A model generated the notes under the pieces. That model was not told the DNA's origin and did no database searches. It saw only the letters and a program-made list of their open reading frames with translations. Both the position numbers and the translations under genes were made by a program. From an uncultured Eubacteriales bacterium (lineage in GTDB: Bacteria; Bacillota; Clostridia; Oscillospirales; CAG-272), in NCBI GenBank assembly GCA_934365155.1, contig CAKRMZ010000031.1, positions 1 through 19,651 on the forward strand: a DNA stretch of 19,651 nt, written 5' to 3'. Positions 1 through 6,873 of this stretch are shown one piece after another. How positions within the stretch are numbered: position 1 is the stretch's first letter; each line of letters starts with the position of its first letter.

Positions 1-15
1 CTTATTAGCAGACAT
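1..15 (-). CDS. First 5 codons (MSANK...) of a minus-strand gene that leaves the window; product unknown
   Basis: ATG is the reverse complement of 13-15. GGAG (revcomp of 23-26) lies 7 nt upstream. Too short to identify. Confidence 0.3.
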
Positions 16-31
16 TTTTGAACTCCGTATA

Positions 32-70
32 TAAAAACGCACCGACAGGGAAATTTCCCCATCGGTGCGT
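32..70 (-). terminator. Rho-independent terminator downstream of the adhesin gene
   Basis: Imperfect GC-rich hairpin, ACGCACCGACAGGG (37-50) with CCCCATCGGTGCGT (57-70). In minus sense it is followed by TTTTT (complement of 33-37). Confidence 0.6.
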
Positions 71-140
71 TCTGTCACAGCGCAAAAATTAACTTTTTGA
101 TCCAATCCAAAAGAAAGGAATCCAATGCTTGATCTTCTGC

Positions 141-3077
141 TCAGTTGCTTTTGCGTTTTTTGTTGCTGACAGCATATGCACTGATTGCTGCACCGCCGCT
201 TACCAAGAGCAGCGAAATCCACAGCAGCAGATTGTTTCTGTCGCCGGTTTTCGGGGCGTCCGTCAACTTCTTGATTACGGTATCCGCCTTGGTGATTTCT
301 TTGGTTGCCGCAGCGTCACCGTAAACTTTGCCGCAAGCCTTGCAATACCAGTATTCGATATTCCCCTCGGCATCTTTGGTTGCCGCTTTGGCGGGAACGT
401 GTTTGAGGTCTGCATGATTGGTTGCGTCAAGATCGCCGTAAGCTTTGCCGCAGTCTTCGCAGATCGCTTTGTCTTTGCAGCTCGCTTTGCCGCCGCTGTG
501 CTCTGCTTTGATTTCGGCAATACTGCAGTTTTCATTTTGGCATTCGTGCCAATGACTGTTTTCATCGCTGTGCCAAGCACCGGTAAAATCATGGTGCTTC
601 GCCGCGACGGCTTCCTCATTGCAGAATCTGCAATAAACGGGAGTTGTGCAATCGCCGTCGTCCGCAAGTGCTGTATGCCCGTTGTTGACCGTCACGGTCA
701 TTTCGGCGGTGTTGCCCGCTTTGTCTTTTACGATGATTTTCTGCTCGCCGTCTGCCGGAGAGAGGACAAAGCGGCCATTTTTGTCGAGTCTGACCTCTGT
801 TCCGTTTATTACGGTGACGGTATCAATATACTCCTCGTCAATGGTGACGGTTTGTGCCTCGCAATAGGTCTTGCCGCTCTCAACGCCGCGGATTATGGGT
901 TTTATGCTGTCCATCACAATGCCGTTTGAGGAAATATAAGTCACATTGTCCGCTTTGTCCGTCAGTTTAACGTAAACAATAACGCGGCTCATATTCTCCT
1001 GAACCGGAGTGATGTTAAACGGATCGGTATACTCTGTGAAAACAGCGCTTGCAAGCTCTGCATCGCTAAGCTTTTTATCGGACAGCAAATATTCAATCTT
1101 GACCGGCTCTTTGCTGCTGTCGGATGCAGTAATTGTAACCTTCTGCGCATCTTTGAAGAACAAACCGAAGATGATTTCATCGGGGATGCTTTCCCACTGA
1201 TACTTATCGATCTCAATTTTGCCTGTCGGCTTTTCATTGTCCTGCCACTCGGCCTTCAGGATAATGGTCGTTACGTTGTCATCCACCGCAAGATCGGCGT
1301 AAGTGGTATCTTTTGTGATGGTTCTATCGCCGCACTTCCAGCCATTGAAGTCATAACCGATTTTTTGGGGATCGGTTATGCCCTCAAGCACTTTATCCGT
1401 CCATTTTACCCCCAATTTATCGGAAATGACTGTGCCGCCGACCGTATCAAACTTTACGGTATAGCTCTTTTCCGTCCAGTCGGCGGTCAGCGTGATACTC
1501 GTTACGTTATCATCAGCCGCAAGGTCGGCATAAGTGGTATCCGCAGATACCATCTTGCCGTCGCACTTCCAACCAATGAAATCATAGCCGATTCTTTCGG
1601 GATCGGTAACGCCGTCGAGTACTTTATCTATCAATTGCACATTTGTTTTATCGGCAATGGTCGTGCCGCCGACCGTGTCAAATTTTACGGTATAGCTCCT
1701 TACCGTCCAGTCGGCAGTCAGCGTGATACTCGTTACGTTATCATCAGTCGCAAGGTCGGCATAGGTAGTATTCGTAGATATGGTTCTTCCGCCGCACTTC
1801 CAGCCATTGAAATCATAGCCGACTTTTGAAGGCGCGGAAATGCCGTTTAAAACCTTATCGCTCCAGCTAAGAGGTTTATCGGTAATGGCCGTGCCGCCCG
1901 CCGTGTCAAATTTTACGGTATAGCTCTTTGCCGTCCAATCAGCGGTCAGCGATATGTTTTGCGTGACATCCTGTGTGAAATCATAGGGTGTGCCGTCCTT
2001 AAGCCAACACTTAAAAGTGTAGCCTTTTCGGGTCGGCGCGACCGGTGCTGTCGCGGGAGCGTTTGCTCGTATCTGCGAAGGCACGCCCGAATCAAAGGTA
2101 ACAGTGTATATTCCGGTTGTGGTGCCGTTGAAGGTGCCTCCGGTAACGACGCGGGTATTGTCTACGGTGCCGTTAAATATGCCGTCATTGATAGTACCGC
2201 CTGAGGTAACTGTACCGTTAAATATGCCGCCTGTAATAATTCCGTAATTTTCGACAGGATAATTGTATGTGCCTCCGGAAATCGTCCCCATCCCCGTATT
2301 TGAAACATTACAGTAAAAAACAGTGGCATTTTTTCCGGTGCTTTGAATCGTCGCGTAATTTGTGCACAATTGCCCGGTCTGAACGGTGCCGCCGTTTGCG
2401 TTCAATGTACCTGCATTGCAAACAGCAACCCCATTGCTGCTGGTATATTTGGTCTTGCTTCCGGAAATGGTTGCATTTCCGCTCATTGTGAATGTTCCGT
2501 AGTTTACCACTCCTGCGGCGCAAAGAAGATTACTTCCGGTACAGCCGGTGATGATTCCGCCGGCCATTTCAAACGAGGCATTTTCCGAAACATAAATTCC
2601 TCCGGCCGCACTGATTTGGCCCGAATCATCAACGCAATTGGTAAGCCAACCGGAATTCATAACAAGTTTCCCGCCGCTTGCAACCAAAATACCGCCTGCT
2701 TTTTGGTCAACCGCTTTACCGTTTTTGATGTTTCCGGTGATAGGGCCTGCGCCGACCCCTATGGGGCCCGCAAGATCCGCACCGCTGTTTTTTATGGTCA
2801 GCGTACCGTTTACCACAATTACGGTGCCGTTATTTTGAGCGTCTATCGCCTTGCCGTTTAAATCCAGTGTCACGGTTTTACCGGCAGGAACCGTCAATGG
2901 GCTTCCGCCCCAGGAAATATCACTTGAAAGACTTACCGAAAGATTGTCGGTACTGTTTATAAGGTTTTGCAGTCCGCTCCAACTGCCGGCCGTCTGAGTC
3001 GCCGCAAACACCGCAGTCGGTACAAGGCAGATCACCGTACAAAGAGTGAGCAGAATGCTGAGTATTCGTTTATTCAT
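141..3077 (-). CDS. Large cell-wall-anchored repeat adhesin (978 aa)
   Basis: ATG at 3075-3077, with GGAGG 9 nt upstream. Domain order:
- signal peptide MNKRILSILLTLCTVICLVPTAVFA;
- Gly/Asn/Thr-rich segment resembling a parallel beta-helix;
- four Listeria-Bacteroides (Flg_new-type) repeats, YTV(K/T)FD...GY.F.GW...LTADW;
- two Ig-like segments;
- Cys/His-rich modules;
- C-terminal APKTG, a hydrophobic helix and a KKRKSN tail, i.e. an LPXTG-class sorting signal. Confidence 0.9.
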   Translation of the reverse strand: MNKRILSILLTLCTVICLVPTAVFAATQTAGSWSGLQNLINSTDNLSVSLSSDISWGGSPLTVPAGKTVTLDLNGKAIDAQNNGTVIVVNGTLTIKNSGADLAGPIGVGAGPITGNIKNGKAVDQKAGGILVASGGKLVMNSGWLTNCVDDSGQISAAGGIYVSENASFEMAGGIITGCTGSNLLCAAGVVNYGTFTMSGNATISGSKTKYTSSNGVAVCNAGTLNANGGTVQTGQLCTNYATIQSTGKNATVFYCNVSNTGMGTISGGTYNYPVENYGIITGGIFNGTVTSGGTINDGIFNGTVDNTRVVTGGTFNGTTTGIYTVTFDSGVPSQIRANAPATAPVAPTRKGYTFKCWLKDGTPYDFTQDVTQNISLTADWTAKSYTVKFDTAGGTAITDKPLSWSDKVLNGISAPSKVGYDFNGWKCGGRTISTNTTYADLATDDNVTSITLTADWTVRSYTVKFDTVGGTTIADKTNVQLIDKVLDGVTDPERIGYDFIGWKCDGKMVSADTTYADLAADDNVTSITLTADWTEKSYTVKFDTVGGTVISDKLGVKWTDKVLEGITDPQKIGYDFNGWKCGDRTITKDTTYADLAVDDNVTTIILKAEWQDNEKPTGKIEIDKYQWESIPDEIIFGLFFKDAQKVTITASDSSKEPVKIEYLLSDKKLSDAELASAVFTEYTDPFNITPVQENMSRVIVYVKLTDKADNVTYISSNGIVMDSIKPIIRGVESGKTYCEAQTVTIDEEYIDTVTVINGTEVRLDKNGRFVLSPADGEQKIIVKDKAGNTAEMTVTVNNGHTALADDGDCTTPVYCRFCNEEAVAAKHHDFTGAWHSDENSHWHECQNENCSIAEIKAEHSGGKASCKDKAICEDCGKAYGDLDATNHADLKHVPAKAATKDAEGNIEYWYCKACGKVYGDAAATKEITKADTVIKKLTDAPKTGDRNNLLLWISLLLVSGGAAISAYAVSNKKRKSN
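1215..1960 (-). repeat. In-frame tandem repeat, period 228 bp (76 aa), about 3 copies, encoding the Flg_new-type modules
   Basis: The motif GCCGACCGTxTCAAAxTTTACGGTATAGCTC recurs at about 1438 and about 1666 (228 bp apart). A third, more diverged copy (GCCCGCCGTGTC...) lies at about 1894. Long near-identical stretches follow the first two copies (..GTCAGCGTGATACTCGTTACGTTATCATCAG..). Confidence 0.85.
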
Positions 3078-3108
3078 TTCGCGTTACCTCCGTCTTGTAT
3101 GTATCGGC

Positions 3109-4584
3109 TCAGTCAAGGGCAATAATGGTTATGCTGTACTGACTATCGTTGAAATTCGTATCCTGGAAGAGCATATCTATGTATTGAAATGTCAAAGTAA
3201 TATCCTCTTCTGCCGTGTATATGGTGTTATATGACATAGTCAGTCTTACGCTTTGACTATCCTTCGGTATAATCACATAGCTTCGCGTCTCCAATGCCAT
3301 TTCAGAACTGTTGTATCCGTCAATGAGTGATGCACCGCACGACTTATCATCGCCCTTAGCGCTGACCGTAACCGTTCCGCTGAACACCAAGCTATATGTA
3401 TGACCTTTTGAAAGGGTGATTTTATTGCTCGATGAATTATAGGAAATCAAATTTCCGCTTTCTTTTTTCACAGTGAACGGAAGCGATGTTCGCCAGCTAT
3501 ATACTTTTCCGCTCGCAGCAAAATATCCGGCACAGGCACCGTCTTTTCCATCTTTTCCGTCTTTTCCGGCTGCACCGTCTTTTCCGTTGATGCCGTCTTT
3601 GCCGTCAATACCGTCGGTACCCGCGGCTTTTACACCGGTGTCGTTTGTACCGATCCACCAGTTGCCGTTTTCACCGATAAAGGGAGTTTTTCCGTCTTCG
3701 CCGTTGGTTCCGTTTATCCCGTCTTTACCGGCTGCGCCATCTTTACCGTTGATTCCGTCTTTGCCGTCAATACCGTCGGTACCCGCGGCCTTTACACCGG
3801 TGTCGTTTTCTCCGATCCACCAGTTGCCGTTTTCACCGATAAAGGGAGTTTTTCCGTCTTCGCCGTTGGTTCCGTTTATCCCGTCTTTACCGGTTGCGCC
3901 ATCTTTACCGTTGATTCCGTCTTTGCCGTCAATACCGTCGGTACCCGCGGCCTTTACGCCGGTGTCGTTTTCTCCGATCCACCAGTTGCCGTTTTCACCG
4001 ATAAAAGGGGTTTTCCCGTCTTCGCCGTTGATGCCGTCTTTACCATTAAGTCCCTGAAGCGTCGAAAGGTCGTATAGGTTCAGCCATATTTCGTCGCCTG
4101 CATAACGCCATTGCAGAGTGTTTACATTAACTCGGAACTCCGGCGTTTTTCCGTTTGCTCCGTCCGCACCCTTTTGTCCGGAGGGGCCTGTAATATCGGC
4201 AAGAGCCACAAGATTCTGCCAATCTTCTCCCTCATAGCACCACTGTATGTATAAATCAGCCTTTTGAACCTTTACTGTTTTACCGTTGATACCATCTTTA
4301 CCGTCGATGCCATTCGTCCCATCCTTGCCGTCAATTCCATCGATGCCATTCTTGCCGTCGGCACCGTTTTCTCCCATAGCACCGGAAAGTTCGGCAAGCG
4401 ACACCAGATCATTCCAGTCGGTGTCATCACTGTATTTCCACTGGATAGCAGTGCCATTGTTCCGCACCTCCAACCGATCCTTCGCCGTACTTGCTTGTTG
4501 TGTTCTGCTGCATCCGGCAAAAAATGCAATCCCCAGCGTCACCGCCACAAGCAGGCAGGCAATCCCATACAACCATTTTCTCAT
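3109..4584 (-). CDS. Collagen-like surface lipoprotein with a C1q/BclA-like C-terminal head (491 aa)
   Basis: ATG at 4582-4584, with GGAGG 9 nt upstream. Lipoprotein signal MRKWLYGIACLLVAVTLGIAFFAG|C. Many G-X-Y triplet runs (GKDGINGKDGATGKDGINGTNGEDGKT) are interrupted by Trp-containing modules. The last ~140 aa are non-collagenous and beta-rich, ending ITIIALD. Confidence 0.9.
   Translation of the reverse strand: MRKWLYGIACLLVAVTLGIAFFAGCSRTQQASTAKDRLEVRNNGTAIQWKYSDDTDWNDLVSLAELSGAMGENGADGKNGIDGIDGKDGTNGIDGKDGINGKTVKVQKADLYIQWCYEGEDWQNLVALADITGPSGQKGADGANGKTPEFRVNVNTLQWRYAGDEIWLNLYDLSTLQGLNGKDGINGEDGKTPFIGENGNWWIGENDTGVKAAGTDGIDGKDGINGKDGATGKDGINGTNGEDGKTPFIGENGNWWIGENDTGVKAAGTDGIDGKDGINGKDGAAGKDGINGTNGEDGKTPFIGENGNWWIGTNDTGVKAAGTDGIDGKDGINGKDGAAGKDGKDGKDGACAGYFAASGKVYSWRTSLPFTVKKESGNLISYNSSSNKITLSKGHTYSLVFSGTVTVSAKGDDKSCGASLIDGYNSSEMALETRSYVIIPKDSQSVRLTMSYNTIYTAEEDITLTFQYIDMLFQDTNFNDSQYSITIIALD
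3540..4035 (-). repeat. Near-identical in-frame tandem repeat, period 162 bp (54 aa), about 3 copies
   Basis: GGTACCCGCGGC starts at 3616, 3778 and 3940, exactly 162 bp apart. The protein unit GEDGKTPFIGENGNWWIGENDTGVKAAGTDGIDGKDGINGKDGA(T/A)GKDGINGTN occurs three times. Confidence 0.9.
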
Positions 4585-4609
4585 TCTTCGTTACCTCCGT
4601 TATATAGAC

Positions 4610-5797
4610 TTAATCAAGAGCGGTTATTGTAATTGTTCCGTTGAAGCCGAGAAGCATAGTTTTATAGCTTGACTGCTCAATGATAAATCGCAGAGAAACA
4701 TCTTCCTCCGACGCGACATATATCCGGCTAAAACTGAAATGGTGCTGATCCTTTGAATACGGCAGTTTTACGCCGTCTCTCTTTATGCGCGTAGCCTCTC
4801 TGCAATAGTTGTTATCGTAATTGTCCGTCATCTGAACAGAATAATTGCCGCTGCTGTCTTCATGCGATTGCAGCTCAATCGAGCCGCTGATGCTGACGCT
4901 GTAGGAGTGGCCGCGTTTCAATGTAATTTCATCCCTATAGATTGAAACAAGGCCGCCGCTTTCGGTTTCTTTATAAACCTTTATTCCGACAGGACGTTCG
5001 GCTCCGTTCTCTTTATAAAGCTCACCTTTTGCCCACAGTGTGCCGTAGAACCAGCCCGAACAGCTGCCGTTCTGACCGGCATCGCCTTTGTCGCCTTTAT
5101 CCCCCTTGTCGCCCTTTTCGCCCTGAGATCCTGTGGCTTTCACACCGGTGTCGGTTTCACCGATCCACCAGTTGCCGTTTTCACCGACAAAAGGTGTATC
5201 ACCGTTTTTTCCGTCGGCTCCGTCTATGCCGTCTATACCATTCCTACCATTGACACCGTCAATACCGTTGACACCATCTTTGCCATCTTTGCCGTCAAGC
5301 CCTTTCAGGGTCGAAAGATCATAAAGATTCAGCCATATTCCGTCGCCGCTATAACGCCATTGCAGGGTATCTTCGTTCACTCGGAACTCCGGTGTTTTCC
5401 CGTCAGCTCCGTCCGCACCGTTCTGCCCGGAGGGACCCGAAATATCGGCAATAGCTACAAGATTCTGCCACTGATCACCCTCATAGCGCCACTGTATGTA
5501 AGAATCTGTTCTTTTTACTTCTATGTTTTCGGCATCAGCGCCATTCTTTCCGTCAATTCCGTCTTTGCCGTTTTCTCCGGCAACACCTCTAAGTTCGGTA
5601 AGAGCCACAAGGTCGTGCCACTCCTGCTCGTCGGCATATTTCCATTGGATAGCCGTGCCGTTGTTTTGCACTCTTGGCAGCATAGCGGTTGTTTTTTTCG
5701 CTTTGCCCCATCCGACAGCAAGCACAATGCAAAGCGCCGAAAGGACAATGCAGAGTGCCGCAAGCACCGCTGTGAAAAGTTTTTTCTTTTTTTTCAT
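4610..5797 (-). CDS. Collagen-like surface protein, paralog of 3109-4584, with an N-terminal signal-anchor and a divergent C1q/BclA-like head (395 aa)
   Basis: Same module order as its neighbour: NNGTAIQWKY..W.DLV.L.EL.G, collagen triplets, TPFVGENGNWWIGETDTGVKA, and a head ending ITITALD. Start moved from the track's 5851 to the ATG at 5795-5797 (MKKKKKLF...), which has GGAG 9 nt upstream. Confidence 0.85.
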   Translation of the reverse strand: MKKKKKLFTAVLAALCIVLSALCIVLAVGWGKAKKTTAMLPRVQNNGTAIQWKYADEQEWHDLVALTELRGVAGENGKDGIDGKNGADAENIEVKRTDSYIQWRYEGDQWQNLVAIADISGPSGQNGADGADGKTPEFRVNEDTLQWRYSGDGIWLNLYDLSTLKGLDGKDGKDGVNGIDGVNGRNGIDGIDGADGKNGDTPFVGENGNWWIGETDTGVKATGSQGEKGDKGDKGDKGDAGQNGSCSGWFYGTLWAKGELYKENGAERPVGIKVYKETESGGLVSIYRDEITLKRGHSYSVSISGSIELQSHEDSSGNYSVQMTDNYDNNYCREATRIKRDGVKLPYSKDQHHFSFSRIYVASEEDVSLRFIIEQSSYKTMLLGFNGTITITALD

Positions 5798-5834
5798 CTT
5801 CTTTTCTCCGTTTGGAATCGTTATTACGGCGAAA

Positions 5835-5843
5835 ATTCTACCA
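5835..5843 (-). promoter_or_regulatory. Candidate extended -10 promoter (TGgTAGAAT) for the collagen/adhesin genes
   Basis: Minus-sense TGGTAGAAT lies about 38 nt upstream of the 5797 start, in the 81-nt gap after the tetR stop. No good -35 hexamer. Confidence 0.3.
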
Positions 5844-5878
5844 AAGCCCACGCCGTGAATGGGCAGCGCTTGACGGGT

Positions 5879-6469
5879 TTACGCTTTGTCAGTATCTTTT
5901 GTCTTGTATCTATCAATAAACATAGTAACCCCTTGCTTTAAAATCGCCATCTGAGATTTTAAATAGTATTCATCCTCAAACATCGCATAGTGCACACAAG
6001 CACGGACGAATATAAAAATAAGCGATGTGATTACAGTATACGGTATGCCGATCTTCGGCTCCAATAATTTAGCATATGCCGTATAACGCTCATTCACGCC
6101 TTCAAAAAACTTTTTTCCGTGTTCTATGTATTTCGGCAAAGTATAAACCTGATACATCAAGCGATATTTTTTGCCGTGTTTTTTTGCCGTCCAATACGGT
6201 ACTTCTTCGATGAACCTCATAGCATCCTTCGGGTCGCTCGGCGCCTTCGCCATAAAATCCTCTTCTACTTTGGACATACAATAAGCGGTCGACTGAATAA
6301 TGAGCTCATCAAGATCTTTGAAATAGCAATAAAGGTTTCCCGTCGTGCAACCGCACGCATCCGCCAATGCTTTAATTCCCGTTCCGGTCAGTCCGTTTTC
6401 GGCATAGCACTCAAAGCATTTTTCCATGATTTCCTGCTTTCGATCATTGTGCTGCTGTTCCGTTCTCAT
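5879..6469 (-). CDS. TetR/AcrR-family transcriptional regulator (196 aa)
   Basis: N-terminal TetR-type HTH (GIKALADACGCTTGNLYCYFKDLDELI) followed by a helical ligand-binding-type C-terminal half. ATG at 6467-6469, with GGAGG 13 nt upstream. Confidence 0.9.
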   Translation of the reverse strand: MRTEQQHNDRKQEIMEKCFECYAENGLTGTGIKALADACGCTTGNLYCYFKDLDELIIQSTAYCMSKVEEDFMAKAPSDPKDAMRFIEEVPYWTAKKHGKKYRLMYQVYTLPKYIEHGKKFFEGVNERYTAYAKLLEPKIGIPYTVITSLIFIFVRACVHYAMFEDEYYLKSQMAILKQGVTMFIDRYKTKDTDKA

Positions 6470-6500
6470 ATTGATATATCGGCCTCCTGTGCTCTTATAT

Positions 6501-6553
6501 ATATCTGATCGTTTATTCAGATATAGTATAACATACTATTGAAGAAAAGGCAA
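6501..6553 (-). promoter_or_regulatory. tetR promoter with two adjacent palindromes (candidate operators)
   Basis: Minus sense: -35 TTGCCT (6548-6553), 17-nt spacer, -10 TATACT (6525-6530). The palindrome ATAGTAT-aac-ATACTAT (6523-6539) overlaps the -10. A second palindrome, ATATCTGA-n8-TCAGATAT (6501-6524), lies just downstream. Confidence 0.55.
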
Positions 6554-6670
6554 TTAAATTTGACGATATTTGTCGCCGAATGAAGGATTCAATCAGCAAT
6601 ATCGAAAGAAAAAAAGAAGCCTGTTTCAAAACCGCATTTTATGGCAAAATTAAAGTCTCTTTTGGGGAAG

Positions 6671-6713
6671 AAAAATAAAAAAGGCAGACGGATTTTAAAA
6701 ATCCGTCTGCCTT
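6671..6713 (-). terminator. Strong hairpin terminator (minus sense; possibly bidirectional)
   Basis: GGCAGACGGAT (6683-6693) pairs with ATCCGTCTGCC (6701-6711). In minus sense it is followed by a T-rich run (complement of 6671-6682). Confidence 0.6.
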
Positions 6714-6821
6714 GTATACCGCTATTTGGTCGCAATAAATTTCGGGGTTTCATATAAAAATGCTGCTTTAAGCTAAATGACCTTTGCCTCAACAGTCATT
6801 CGTTTTTTCTTGATTTGCGTG

Positions 6822-6863
6822 AGTGAAAAAGAACCGCCCGCACCTTGCAATAAAGGTGCGGGC
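6822..6863 (-). terminator. Rho-independent terminator of the zinc-ribbon protein gene
   Basis: GCCCGCACCTT (6836-6846) pairs with AAGGTGCGGGC (6853-6863), 10 nt after the stop at 6874. In minus sense GGTTCTTTTT follows. Confidence 0.7.
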
Positions 6864-6873
6864 ATCCGTTCGA

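Noticed and set aside
129-2861. Several plus- and minus-strand ORFs of 63-266 aa inside the adhesin gene (for example 129-929, 1365-1829, 2343-2861).
   Set aside because: All are nested in the 978-aa minus-strand ORF. Their compositions are low-complexity (Cys/Phe/Arg-rich) and follow the periodicity of the coding repeats. None has an SD.
1215-4035. Regularly spaced repeats that might be mistaken for a CRISPR array or a minisatellite.
   Set aside because: The periods (228 bp and 162 bp) are multiples of 3 and lie in frame inside long ORFs. There is no repeat/unique-spacer alternation and there are no cas genes. They are coding domain repeats.
3473-4057. 194-aa plus-strand ORF rich in Pro/Ser/Phe (PSFPSFPSFPAAPS...). 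Similar ORFs lie at 4286-4672, 5133-5324 and 5523-5858.
   Set aside because: These are antisense shadows of the GC-rich, periodic collagen G-X-Y coding repeats. The reverse complement of GGN-NNN-NNN repeats stays open by construction. They have no SD, and the minus-strand genes have signal peptides, SDs and coherent domain structure.
4610-5851. Longer ORF-track starts for five genes: 5851, 7767, 9533 (GTG), 11070 and 16171 (GTG).
   Set aside because: In each case an internal ATG has a proper GGAG/GGAGG at 5-9 nt and gives a sensible N-terminus (signal-anchor, zinc ribbon, HTH, the YmdB MKILAIGD motif, the HAD DxD motif). The upstream extensions lack SDs, or in the case of 9533 the GTG lies inside the SD itself.
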